Positions 53,801 to 63,446 of a stretch of DNA of 64,000 bases are shown piece after piece. Source of the DNA: a virus; IMG/VR virus record IMGVR_UViG_3300045988_161114, positions 1 through 64,000 of that record; one strand, written 5' to 3'. The position numbers and the translations under genes were made by a program. Positions within the stretch are counted from its first letter, which is position 1; each line of letters begins with the position of its first letter. Below the pieces are notes generated by a model. That model saw only the letters and a list, made by a program, of their open reading frames with translations. It made no database searches and was not told the origin of the DNA.

Positions 53801-54524
53801 GAGTAGTAAATGTACCGAAATCTTTAATGAAGTGATTACCGGAATTGTAACCATCATGAGATCCAAGATAGAATGCTGATTGACCAAGTTTCTTAACGAT
53901 AAACATTGTTCCGTTAAAGTCGATATACAGTCTACGCTTGTGATGTATGTACACACATGGCTGCATTGTTCTAAGTTCTAATCCTAGATCCTCATGTCTC
54001 ATTTCGCCAGCTTCTACAAGCTGTCTTTGTAATTGTCCACGAGTATCTGGACCATCAGATTGTTCTACTCTGGAAACTTTTTTATACACGCCGTTTTCAA
54101 GGACTTTAAATGAGAACTCATCTACCATGTAGTTTTCATTTTTGTCAATCAAGAATCTAGATGTCTTACGAGTCTTGATTATAGAGCCATCAGGAATAGC
54201 ATCAAAGGCTTGTTGAAGTATTATAGAGTGGTTAGTTTCAGCATCGCGGCTTCTATTCTTTTCATAGAAACCAGAGATGATTCTTTCTTTTTCTTCGCCT
54301 TCAAACCAGTCTTCCAAATAGAAAACTTTGTCTTCATCATGAAGTGGCCACTTAAGGGCCGCTTCATTTAATAAGGTTTGTTTACGTTTCTCTGCTAACC
54401 CTCTTGATGTTTCTTCATCATAGAAAGAGCTTTGAATTGTTTTAGGCAATGTTTCTTTAAGTTTAAATTGGTCTAAGCCTATTTTAAATATAGACTTATT
54501 AACACTTGCTTCATCAAATGCCAT
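50886..54524 (-). CDS. large tail fibre/tailspike-like protein (1212 aa)
   Basis: Long Gly/Asn/Thr/Tyr-rich ORF in the late cluster. The composition suggests beta-helix-like repeats, but no specific catalytic motif was identified. Confidence 0.6.
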   Translation of the reverse strand: MAFDEASVNKSIFKIGLDQFKLKETLPKTIQSSFYDEETSRGLAEKRKQTLLNEAALKWPLHDEDKVFYLEDWFEGEEKERIISGFYEKNRSRDAETNHSIILQQAFDAIPDGSIIKTRKTSRFLIDKNENYMVDEFSFKVLENGVYKKVSRVEQSDGPDTRGQLQRQLVEAGEMRHEDLGLELRTMQPCVYIHHKRRLYIDFNGTMFIVKKLGQSAFYLGSHDGYNSGNHFIKDFGTFTTRWFQERGYKGGKKGFMPPIDGWSEEHPNHGNSYATKGYWKFGFNTSNYTIDLSVFDNNSAITENIQETPALTKLITRDILNRVYENGNDAGLQADPVTKLSAQELNCRSRVSPGGYINKQTGKHEFPQEDGTTAERWGTWGGMQYGSNGNAITIFGDEDTVIMNFLAEGFHGGAIVYGRLGRIDGVSVGRGDIKTAEANGLVARRQYLLGGNGRYNYTGIIGLNRVDRIVISGLECDGIVGHPDWSVQHSRSGTGVNIDPGYGLWVSRSLPMTDIRAEHNDFGTCARKVMDAHCGSKIYYRWNKGTAGYYGVSVVVGESLATGDDGVTEELLTHTYSDSVMDISYNTFVVGVMGLHFSNGDLGPNERRKLNKWWLRGNFIVHGNNIYAPSGLYYNYGHYGFSIKDNVFTYALPFGEPYGSRAVRNIKVTKPGTGYKVHDRIIIDNSYKSTGSHDARGCFGWVTEVDANGGIRAVGVNRGSDYYKAPQVSHVITENGTGAEFETSTINGSSAITMGAWRHRGPAFGDKIVDNRVRNSRDGNFAYAFNLYSLVNATITGNIVESAPYYTIDPVMKETLTMPYASKRAFRSGIETNTYYMDTSDGGTGVIASKWDNNWMVNDATGKYSYIKEPPTNKDTYGIDGNMFNGNYYKVVTVPVRADKSPDRELVMPAFDASEERIIFNFKGEKPDEYAWDTNGKYPVVPFVTITNQVNRYTDPTWYYIDPYRERGRLVTRVGRINGSPVTGGQIALLQIDFGENSDNKKSTISAEMRVSSKGINGYGRVVLFGNENESVEGLVPTIGGKKANYFYIMRNKNQNTIYIDGKEVITTTDEDITSGAAERNGATKVMLDQWFRISTHINAKGKSIGIGSRYSKGAGNLAVDLVARGNFIVDKFIQRTPEEMKQLSVKSGIEDPEDLPDVREIVFSMDKANVGDNKVVEDTGTSTIELVSTESLDSAEAKYAPDGFKLVGAI

Positions 54525-54536
54525 TATTTAAAATCC

Positions 54537-56123
54537 TTATTCAGTAAATACTTCTACACCAGGTTTAGGGTTTAGATCTTCGTCTAATTGTGCGTCACCA
54601 TTCGCTAAGACATAACTGGTAAGCTCACTTGGGTCAACTTTAGGTCCAGATATGTAAAGTTTTTGTCCATTATCTTTTCTGATTATGTATTTATTTGGAT
54701 TAGCTGGCTGAGCCGGAGTTGGTTCTGCTGGGGCAGGAGCTGCAGGAGTTCCACCTTGATCACCATTTCCAGGTGTTGGAGCTACTGGGCCTGGAGTGTT
54801 GCCAGGTTGTCCAGGAGTAGGTGCTGGAGCAGGGTTATCTGGCTGAACTGGCTGTGCATTAGCTTTTTCAAGTGCCTCAACTTTAAGTCTTAATGCGCTC
54901 AGAGCTTCTTCCAAGCTTGTAGCTTTAGTGGCAGCTGTACCAGCTAAGGTTTTAACCTCATTAATAGCCAACACTGTACTTCCTTTAGCTTCTGTTTCCA
55001 GAGCAGTTAAAGCACCAACTTTGTCTTCTACAGATTTAACAGATTCTTTTGCTTCAGTGGCAGATTTAGCAGCTTCATTTGCAGTGCTTGTAGTGACAGA
55101 CAAATCAGTTTCTACTTTAGTGATTTTGCCTTCATGTTCAGTAACTTTTGTTGCAGCCTGTTCGATTTTGCTTGTAGCTTCATTTACACGAGCTTCAGCT
55201 TGAGATGCTTTTGTTTCAGCAGCTGATGCTTTACTTTCAGCTTGAGTAGCCTTTGTTTCGGCCTGTTCTACCTTGCCAGTAACTGCTTCTGCTTTTTCTT
55301 GTGCGCTTGCAGCTTTTTTCTCTGCTTCTTCAATTTTGTTTGTAGCAGAATCAACTTTAGATGAAGCTTCCAATGCTTTTTGTTCAGCCTGGGTTATTTT
55401 GCTTACAGCTTCATTTGCTTTAGATTCTGCCTCGTTTGCTTTAGTAACAGCTTGTGAAGCTTTTGTTTCTGCCTCATTAGCTTTACCACTAGCTTCGGTA
55501 GCCTTAGTTTCAACTTCTGTTACTTTTCCAGCAGTCTCTGCAGCTTTAGTAGCAGTATCCGTAGCTTGTTGTGCTTTTTCGCTAGCAGATTGTGCAGCTT
55601 CCAATGCTTTGCGGGCTTTTTCTTCGGCATCAGTTGTTTTAGTATTTATGATTGTAATTGCTCCAGATACATCGCTTGCTGTTTTGGCAGCTTGTGAAGC
55701 TTGTTGTGCAGCCTGTTGTGCAGTTTGTTGAGCAGCTGATGCAGTTTCTGTTGCCTTAAGAGCTTTTGTACCGGCTTCTTCTGCGGTAGTTTTAACTCCT
55801 GAAACTATTTGATTTTTAATAGCTTCATCTGTTAATGCTGAATTTACAGCACCACTAACTGCTTGCTTAAGCATTTCTTGGTCTATGCTTGCTGCATCTA
55901 AAACTGCTGTACCATCTCTAGCGGCAATTAATGCGCCCTGTTTTGACAGAACAGTTGATCTAGGTGCGTCTGAAGTAACACGGCCATCGTCTATAGCAGC
56001 TAAGATGGCAGAGACTGTCTCTAAGCTAACTTTATCCAGATCAACTTTAGTTCCATTACGTGTAACAGAGATACCGTTTACAAAGGTAAAGCTGGTATCT
56101 TTAGAAGTTAATGTAACTTGCAT
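54537..56123 (-). CDS. fibrous coiled-coil protein (about two dozen A/K/E/T heptads), P-rich hinge and C-terminal knob
   Basis: Consecutive heptads ...ANEAESK ANEAVSK ITQAEQK ALEASSK VDSATNK IEEAEKK AASAQEK AEAVTGK VEQAETK ATQAESK ASAAETK... are followed by QPVQPDNPAPAPTPGQPGNTPGP... Confidence 0.75.
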   Translation of the reverse strand: MQVTLTSKDTSFTFVNGISVTRNGTKVDLDKVSLETVSAILAAIDDGRVTSDAPRSTVLSKQGALIAARDGTAVLDAASIDQEMLKQAVSGAVNSALTDEAIKNQIVSGVKTTAEEAGTKALKATETASAAQQTAQQAAQQASQAAKTASDVSGAITIINTKTTDAEEKARKALEAAQSASEKAQQATDTATKAAETAGKVTEVETKATEASGKANEAETKASQAVTKANEAESKANEAVSKITQAEQKALEASSKVDSATNKIEEAEKKAASAQEKAEAVTGKVEQAETKATQAESKASAAETKASQAEARVNEATSKIEQAATKVTEHEGKITKVETDLSVTTSTANEAAKSATEAKESVKSVEDKVGALTALETEAKGSTVLAINEVKTLAGTAATKATSLEEALSALRLKVEALEKANAQPVQPDNPAPAPTPGQPGNTPGPVAPTPGNGDQGGTPAAPAPAEPTPAQPANPNKYIIRKDNGQKLYISGPKVDPSELTSYVLANGDAQLDEDLNPKPGVEVFTE

Positions 56124-56158
56124 GTTTTGTTTCCTGATTATATTTTAATCTTCTTATA

Positions 56159-57919
56159 TTAGACGACTTTAAATATTATTCTTGTTATTTCAGGTTTAGT
56201 ATATGAATCCAATGATTTCATATCTGCCCTTATCTTAACAGATTTAATAGAAGAATATCTACTACGCGCCAATACATACAGTTTTGAAACGTCGTCAGAT
56301 GTCTGCAATTGAACACCATCTTCTTTAGTGTTCAATTCAATTGTATCTGTTATTTCGTTTCCAAGTATATAGTCAAATGTATTAACAATAAGTACGAACA
56401 TATTGTTTTCGTAATCATTGTCATGTACAGTTGATTCTATATTATCTTTTTTGATAGTAAATGTTCCATTTGAATACGAAATTATTTCGACATTTGAATA
56501 ATCAAATAGCTTATTAAATTTACTTTTTGGAACATCTATTGTTAATAGGCCGCATCTTAGTAATGTATCTCCGCTAAATGGTACACCATTTATAAATACA
56601 GTATCTTTAAAATGAACCTTTTTATCTTTTGTAACTATTCCTGTTATAGATATACTATCACCATTATCTACAAATGGGTTAGACCCATTGTAGAATTTTA
56701 TAAGATTGCTTTCAAACATTCCTTTATCAATAAGATTAGTATATATGTGTTTTCCATTAGATTCTGTGAATCTTGTCATTACACCAACATTATTATCTAT
56801 AAAATCATTTATAGGAATTAAAGATCTTATTGTATAATCACTTCTAGATATAGCTCTTAATGGTTTTATTGTTTTATATATTCCACCATCAATAGAGATC
56901 ATGTAATTTATGCTTACGTTTTTATTTTCGTAATTATCACATGTATCTATTGCGATATATTCCCCGGCGGCGTTTATATCTATATCGTTACTTTGGAATA
57001 TCGTTTCCGTTTTGTATTTCTTCATAGCTATGAATATATGACTAACATCCCATATATAGTTGTATAATCCATTATTCAAAGCTGTATGCCTAGAGAAATG
57101 AACAGATATTTTTACATATCTGTCATTAGACATATTGAATGACAAATCTAATTCATCCGTCAATATTTTATCACTGTTTAGATAATTATAATAGACCCCA
57201 TCGCTACTGGTGTACACTGTATAGACATATGGCTTTTCTGTCTTTATTTGTATATTGTTAAATGAATTATATTCTGCGCGGTCAACTACAAATTCTAATG
57301 TTTTACTGCCAGATAATGAAGATGTACCAGTAACATTAAATTGCTTCATGATGTTTATTATTTCATCAGATTTCATAATTGGCGTATTATCAACACTTCT
57401 TATTAAACATTCATTGACGCCAGTTATATCAGACATTGTACATCTTATATGTTCTAATGTTATCTTAGAATTTGATATATCCTTATCATTGTCGAATTTG
57501 TCTGAACTGTTTACACCAAATATTTTACCATTTGATACTGATGCTGTTGTACTTGCAGAATTATAAGATTTATTAGTTGGAGTGTAATACACTATCTTTG
57601 TATATTTAGAGTTTGATCTATCTGCTAGTGCAGCACCTTTTGCAGATGTAGATAACTTATTTATTCTGTTACCTATATCTGTTGTATAGTTTAACATTTT
57701 TTCATAAATCTTATTTGCCTTTTCTGTCATTTCAGTAACTTTATCTTGATTATGAAATAATATTTTATGCCAATTCCAAAAAGTATCTCTAAGATTTTTA
57801 TCAGTGTAAACACCGTTACTTAATGATAACGGTGTTACATCTGATCTTTCGGTATTTATAGTAGATTCATTTATTGGCGAATATGAATCAAAAAGCCTAG
57901 ATATTTTATTTAAATCCAC
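56159..57919 (-). CDS. hypothetical tail/baseplate structural protein
   Basis: 586-aa N/S/T/Y-rich ORF in the late operon. Confidence 0.65.
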   Translation of the reverse strand: MDLNKISRLFDSYSPINESTINTERSDVTPLSLSNGVYTDKNLRDTFWNWHKILFHNQDKVTEMTEKANKIYEKMLNYTTDIGNRINKLSTSAKGAALADRSNSKYTKIVYYTPTNKSYNSASTTASVSNGKIFGVNSSDKFDNDKDISNSKITLEHIRCTMSDITGVNECLIRSVDNTPIMKSDEIINIMKQFNVTGTSSLSGSKTLEFVVDRAEYNSFNNIQIKTEKPYVYTVYTSSDGVYYNYLNSDKILTDELDLSFNMSNDRYVKISVHFSRHTALNNGLYNYIWDVSHIFIAMKKYKTETIFQSNDIDINAAGEYIAIDTCDNYENKNVSINYMISIDGGIYKTIKPLRAISRSDYTIRSLIPINDFIDNNVGVMTRFTESNGKHIYTNLIDKGMFESNLIKFYNGSNPFVDNGDSISITGIVTKDKKVHFKDTVFINGVPFSGDTLLRCGLLTIDVPKSKFNKLFDYSNVEIISYSNGTFTIKKDNIESTVHDNDYENNMFVLIVNTFDYILGNEITDTIELNTKEDGVQLQTSDDVSKLYVLARSRYSSIKSVKIRADMKSLDSYTKPEITRIIFKVV

Positions 57920-57923
57920 TATA

Positions 57924-60545
57924 TTATCCTATCACTGTATTTAATGTTATATTTGATACAACAGGAGTTTTGTTAATATTAATACTTATAGAATCTTCTA
58001 GTAAAGATAATACTGCATACGTGTCAGAATCTGAAGGTTCTTTTATATTAATTGTTCTTCCAGATATATCGTATTTATCTTTAGCTATTGTTTCCATACT
58101 TTGACCTTCTATAAATACATTAGAGTATAAATATGAAACCTTTATATCTCCACTTATTATAGATTGGGAATATATAATTCCATTATTATAATCAATAGAG
58201 AAATATCCTGTTCCCGCCGAAGATATATTAGTATCTAGTATTATAGATGTATCTATCAGGTCATGGGTTTTTGCATTATCAGCCAATGTTATATATGTCT
58301 GATTGTTTTCATCTGTTAATAAATAATCCCCGGCATATATTAGTTCCGATTCAGAATACACTTGTGTTTTAAATATATCAGTATATCCCACAAAGTTTAA
58401 ATCAGAGAAGTGATCTATTAGTCTTCCTAATGAAAACTTATTTACGCCTTTGGGTATTTGAATCTCAATACTATTTCCTGTGTTGAATTCGTCTATACCA
58501 TTTATGAAATCTACTTCTTTTAAGAATGTAAATACTGATGCATTTTTGTATGAAAACTCTAGAGAACCTTTTATTATTTGTGTCTTAGAAAGTTTGGCAA
58601 CTTTTAAGCCATCATATTGATTTAATGATTCAGATGTCTTAGATAGTCTTACATCATCTGTATAGATATCTATACTATTTATAGAGAAGTCTGTATTTAT
58701 ATCAAGTTTATTTTTTACAACATAGTCTACATTTATTATTGCTGAACTATTGTGGGCAAAAATCTTGCCATCAACTATTGTAAATTCAGAGTCCTCTAAT
58801 TTAACCTCTGGATATTTTTTATTAAACTTCATGTTTACCGGTGACTTACCAGAAGATACCGGCGCTGTAAATGTAAAATAATCAAGAAGGTTAACTGGCT
58901 CTTCGGCTTTAAATGTATGAACTATTGTTCCAGATGGGCCATATAAATATAAATCCTTGCTATATGGTTTAAATGTCCATTGGAAACATGATTCAAAGAA
59001 TCCAGATGTGAGATCTAAATCTCTATAGATATTTCCATCCGTAAGTCTATATACACCAGCATGTTCATTAAATGATAGAACAACATTTTCTGAATTAGCT
59101 ACCCTTATATCTCTTCTTATAGGGTTAGAGTAAGAATAAACTTTAACTGATTCTGGTTCTATTGTATCACTAGAGATTATTTTGTATTTATTGTCTTTTT
59201 CTACTCTACATCTTCTGGGTGTATATCTTACTTTTGTTTCGCCCATATATCCCATACTATCAAAAGATCTGTACACGTATTCATTATTTCTTTTAATAGA
59301 AGATATATAATCAGTTGTGCCAGTTATATCTGAGTAAGATGTTGTTGTGATACTTCCGCCGTAATAACTATTCAATAACTTCCCTAGTATATATTTTTCT
59401 CCAAGATCAAATGGTGATACTATTACAGGATTTATTTTAGTTATACTTTGTGTATGTTTTTGCACTCTATTATCAGAATATGAATTGCTGTATTTTTTAC
59501 CAGAGAATATGATTCTTAAATATAAAACCCTTACCGGATTTTCAGTAGATATTGAATCTTTTGATATAGTATTAAAGTCTAAATGTTTAGGTTTTTCACT
59601 TATAGAGTATGGTGTACTTATATCGTACCATTTTGTAAGATCGTAACTTATTGAGAACTGAAGATTGTTAAAAGAGAATCCATCATTATTTATTTTTGCG
59701 GCTATAGATGCTTTTAGGATCTCATATCCAGAATTGAATGGGCCGAATATAATTTCGCCAGAATCAGCAACAGTGGTTATACCAATAGACAAATTAGATA
59801 TACCTATTGCAAACCTATTTCTCTTGCCGTCGGAAATATATCCGTTATCCTGAACTATGGTTATTCTTATAGTTTTTATGAATGACTCATCTATTTGGAT
59901 ACTTCTCAATGTATTATTAAGAACTGTAAACGGAACTCTCTTAAAAGATTTTCCATCTGTTGATACGTCTATAGATACTATCTCTGGAAGACTGACTCCG
60001 AAATTAACATCTTTAAATGAAATCAAATTTACTGGAGATAATTTAGACAGTTTTATGGTATACACTGCTGATACAGGAAGATTAAATCTCTCAACTTCAA
60101 ATTGAGTGTCTGATACTATTGAATCCTTGTTATAAAATCTTGAATTTTCGTAGTCAGAAGAATTTCCATATACGCCAGATGTATTTACATCTATTGATTC
60201 AATTGTGTATTTATTAGAGATCTTTGGTTTCAAATAAACAGAGTTGTTCTTAATAACGACATTTTCTGATGAATACACAACACTAGATGAGATATCATAT
60301 TGTGTATTACTATTGCCGGATATTGTAGCCATAGACAATGACATATCTACAGCCTCGGCCATCTTATCTCTTAATGCGGCAATATATTTGGCAAACTCCC
60401 CAACATTACTAGTCATCTTATTATTGAGTTTATTTATATCTGATATCAGAGTGTTTCCATCCTCTTGGACTTTATTAATTAAGCCAGACTGCCAGTTAGG
60501 ATGATTGCCAACATACTTTTCAGATGTATTTAAAAAATTGTTCAT
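57924..60545 (-). CDS. hypothetical tail/baseplate structural protein
   Basis: 873-aa ORF. Its start overlaps the upstream gene by 4 nt. Confidence 0.65.
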   Translation of the reverse strand: MNNFLNTSEKYVGNHPNWQSGLINKVQEDGNTLISDINKLNNKMTSNVGEFAKYIAALRDKMAEAVDMSLSMATISGNSNTQYDISSSVVYSSENVVIKNNSVYLKPKISNKYTIESIDVNTSGVYGNSSDYENSRFYNKDSIVSDTQFEVERFNLPVSAVYTIKLSKLSPVNLISFKDVNFGVSLPEIVSIDVSTDGKSFKRVPFTVLNNTLRSIQIDESFIKTIRITIVQDNGYISDGKRNRFAIGISNLSIGITTVADSGEIIFGPFNSGYEILKASIAAKINNDGFSFNNLQFSISYDLTKWYDISTPYSISEKPKHLDFNTISKDSISTENPVRVLYLRIIFSGKKYSNSYSDNRVQKHTQSITKINPVIVSPFDLGEKYILGKLLNSYYGGSITTTSYSDITGTTDYISSIKRNNEYVYRSFDSMGYMGETKVRYTPRRCRVEKDNKYKIISSDTIEPESVKVYSYSNPIRRDIRVANSENVVLSFNEHAGVYRLTDGNIYRDLDLTSGFFESCFQWTFKPYSKDLYLYGPSGTIVHTFKAEEPVNLLDYFTFTAPVSSGKSPVNMKFNKKYPEVKLEDSEFTIVDGKIFAHNSSAIINVDYVVKNKLDINTDFSINSIDIYTDDVRLSKTSESLNQYDGLKVAKLSKTQIIKGSLEFSYKNASVFTFLKEVDFINGIDEFNTGNSIEIQIPKGVNKFSLGRLIDHFSDLNFVGYTDIFKTQVYSESELIYAGDYLLTDENNQTYITLADNAKTHDLIDTSIILDTNISSAGTGYFSIDYNNGIIYSQSIISGDIKVSYLYSNVFIEGQSMETIAKDKYDISGRTINIKEPSDSDTYAVLSLLEDSISININKTPVVSNITLNTVIG

Positions 60546-61324
60546 CTAGATACAACTCCTATATATTTTATTATAGGATAAGATGATAATGTATCAAGAA
60601 CTGTAGCTGTTATTGAGCACTCAATTTTATATGTATCTTTGTTTAGTATAAAGATACTATTGTTTCCATTTATTGCTATATTCTCTGATATATTCTTCTT
60701 ATCTGAGCTGTCAATATATTTTGGGTGGCATATATAAAACGTTTCTTCATCAAACGTTTTTATATTTGTAGACTTAGAATATTTACTTACTACGCCATCC
60801 TTGAAGAATCTTATTTTATCAAATTCTATATTGCCATCTTTTTTATATAAAAATTCTTTTGAATCACCAATACCTATATTAATTGATTCATTAAATAGCG
60901 TTCTTCCGTCAGAAGATATTCCTCTTATACTTATATCGGCTGATACTATTACACCATTATTGTTATCTATTTTTATTATAGGGGCTATATACCCTTTGCA
61001 CAATATTTCAACAGGTTTAGTTTTTAATACTCCGGCATAGTTACTTCTTATTCTTGAAATGTCTATATCTATATAATCAGATATTTCTGTATCATTTGAG
61101 AAGTTGCTGTGCTCGAATACTATTTCTATTGCAATAGAGTCTTTATGTAAACTGTTTATATTAACTATGTCGTCTATATAGAACGGGTTTGTTATTATAG
61201 GACTAACTGTACCGGCGCTATTTATAGATGATATAGATTTAATAAAGATATTAGATATTTTTGGTTTAAGTATTATCTTATTAAAGAATAATGACTCAGA
61301 AGAAAATGTTTTCTTTATTTCCAT
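60542..61324 (-). CDS. hypothetical structural protein
   Basis: 260-aa ORF, overlap-coupled to its neighbours. Confidence 0.65.
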   Translation of the reverse strand: MEIKKTFSSESLFFNKIILKPKISNIFIKSISSINSAGTVSPIITNPFYIDDIVNINSLHKDSIAIEIVFEHSNFSNDTEISDYIDIDISRIRSNYAGVLKTKPVEILCKGYIAPIIKIDNNNGVIVSADISIRGISSDGRTLFNESINIGIGDSKEFLYKKDGNIEFDKIRFFKDGVVSKYSKSTNIKTFDEETFYICHPKYIDSSDKKNISENIAINGNNSIFILNKDTYKIECSITATVLDTLSSYPIIKYIGVVSR

Positions 61325-61716
61325 TATAATAATTCTTTCTCATCATAGCTGCTAAGTACATACCCCTTATCTGATAATGAATATATTACAGAATTAGGAT
61401 TTGATGTATCTATCTCAAATAACGAGTAGTATCCGCTATCTTCTGTAGATAAATTTAACAGTTGTATAAACATATTATTTGACTCTGCTAAATCTATCTT
61501 TTTTATATATCCAGAATACCATTCTTCTAGTTGGGTATCTATTCTATCCAGTGATTCTTTTAGAAATTCTACAGATGGATTTGCCTGTAGTGATACTCTT
61601 AGTAGGCTTCTATTTATGAAATCAATGCCAAGTCTATTAATATTGCCGCCAAGAAGAGATAGGTTTAATATATCATTGACATAATTAAACTGCTGATTTT
61701 CAATAAACTTTCTCAT
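61324..61716 (-). CDS. hypothetical structural protein
   Basis: 130-aa ORF, overlap-coupled to its neighbours. Confidence 0.6.
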   Translation of the reverse strand: MRKFIENQQFNYVNDILNLSLLGGNINRLGIDFINRSLLRVSLQANPSVEFLKESLDRIDTQLEEWYSGYIKKIDLAESNNMFIQLLNLSTEDSGYYSLFEIDTSNPNSVIYSLSDKGYVLSSYDEKELL

Positions 61717-63437
61717 ACCTTATGCACCATAGTTGGAATTGAATCATTATAAACTACACTTAGCCTATAGTCAGGTTTTATATCTTCTTTATTTATTATG
61801 AAGTATACCTTATCATCAAATAATTTCTTTACACTATTGATTTTAGAATATGTTTTCCCATCTATATGGACCATTTCGTATTTCATTGGATCTTTATTTA
61901 TAAATACAGGATTTTTAAAATCTAGATCTTTTTGTAGATCCTCACCAACATATTCAACATCGCCTATATACTTATCTGCTGAATAATCTAACTGAAATAT
62001 TATTTTTGTATCAGTATTTAAATATAGAGATAGTGACCCTTCTGTAGACATGCCAACATTCAGTTCTGATACTCCAGAATTAAAATATGATTCTTTTTCT
62101 TTTCCAATCGATATTCTACAGTATGCTAGATTAGGAATATATACCTCTCTAAGCCCGTGTCCACCAGAAACAGGGAGTGATGGCCTTTTATTTAAAACAT
62201 ATTTAAGTTTTGATATATCTTTCATATCTATTTTAGATATCTCTATAAAGTCATCAGGGATCTTCTCTCCGTTGTAAACATTTCCGCTATTTTCAGGTTT
62301 TCCAGAAATGTTCCATTTTAATGGAGCTTTATCTTTTAGATTTACTGCATAGGGTTTATTATCTATCTTACTATTAGAATATATAATAAAACCAAAAGAA
62401 TCATAAGCATAATATTTAACCCCTTCTTTTGTTAGACCAACAGAAATATATTCTGAAGAATCAATAATATATCTAGGTATTCTTATATTATTGGATATAA
62501 AATCATAATAATTATATGTAACATAAACAGAGTCATAAGATATTTGTGCTATCTCATCTTTAAATCTATGCAATTTGATAGATCCGTATTTAGGCTCTAT
62601 TTCATAATTTTTAAGAGATTCACCTAAAATGTCTTTTACAGATGAACCATTTTTCATAAAGGATATTTTAATTCCGGATTTTGATAATCCAGAATGTTTT
62701 AGCAATATCTCATTATTAGAATATTTAGCGATTTCATTATTTACTTTTACAAGATTTAGTCCATGCCGTATTGTCGAATAGTCGATGCCATTCCTATGCA
62801 TAATGAAACTGTTAATGTAAATACTTAACATATCTGTATTATATATTGAATATTCAGATACGTTAAAAATTGGAGTGTCTAATACTTTATAAGATGTATT
62901 TGTATTCGACCATGTTACTTTATAGTGATCTTTATCAAATACAGATTTAAATACTTTTCCATCAATAGAGGATATTGATTCATAATTCTTATACGCACAA
63001 TTTATATATACTGGATATGTAGTATCCGAATACTCCAATATTAGTGAGCCGTTCTTATAATAAGAAACATGAACACTATCATCATTGGTATATAAAAAAT
63101 TAGAATCAGATATTGGTTTTTCGCCGTTAACTAATATACGGTCGTAGTCTTTAAATCGTATTGGAGTTTTTCTATACAGTGGTGTTCCGTTATCATATAC
63201 ATCTGTAATTAATATATTTTCAGAATTTGATCGTACAGCTACACCTTTTATATTTTTTGATACAAATTTTATAAATCTGTTCTCATTATCTTTAGATGTA
63301 TTTCTTATATTGAATAATGAATTATTTAAAGGTTTTGTATCTACTGCATAAATAGTGTTCAATGTATTATCTGATTGAACCAAATGAGGGGCCTTTTCGA
63401 CCCCTCCTATTTTTATGTTATATGTGATAGTATTCAT
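61713..63437 (-). CDS. hypothetical tail/baseplate structural protein
   Basis: 574-aa ORF in the late operon. Confidence 0.65.
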   Translation of the reverse strand: MNTITYNIKIGGVEKAPHLVQSDNTLNTIYAVDTKPLNNSLFNIRNTSKDNENRFIKFVSKNIKGVAVRSNSENILITDVYDNGTPLYRKTPIRFKDYDRILVNGEKPISDSNFLYTNDDSVHVSYYKNGSLILEYSDTTYPVYINCAYKNYESISSIDGKVFKSVFDKDHYKVTWSNTNTSYKVLDTPIFNVSEYSIYNTDMLSIYINSFIMHRNGIDYSTIRHGLNLVKVNNEIAKYSNNEILLKHSGLSKSGIKISFMKNGSSVKDILGESLKNYEIEPKYGSIKLHRFKDEIAQISYDSVYVTYNYYDFISNNIRIPRYIIDSSEYISVGLTKEGVKYYAYDSFGFIIYSNSKIDNKPYAVNLKDKAPLKWNISGKPENSGNVYNGEKIPDDFIEISKIDMKDISKLKYVLNKRPSLPVSGGHGLREVYIPNLAYCRISIGKEKESYFNSGVSELNVGMSTEGSLSLYLNTDTKIIFQLDYSADKYIGDVEYVGEDLQKDLDFKNPVFINKDPMKYEMVHIDGKTYSKINSVKKLFDDKVYFIINKEDIKPDYRLSVVYNDSIPTMVHKV

Positions 63438-63446
63438 GTCGTTTTA

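Noticed and set aside
54537-56123. Periodic DNA repeats that might be mistaken for a CRISPR array or minisatellite.
   Set aside because: The 21-nt periodicity is in-frame heptad coding sequence with no spacer/repeat alternation. No CRISPR-like array was seen anywhere in the window.
54663-56148. Long plus-strand ORFs (54663..54893, 54928..55203, 55273..55731, 55885..56148).
   Set aside because: These are antisense shadows of the alanine-rich heptad-repeat gene 54537..56123. Their products are low-complexity A/S/C/F strings, with no start-site context.
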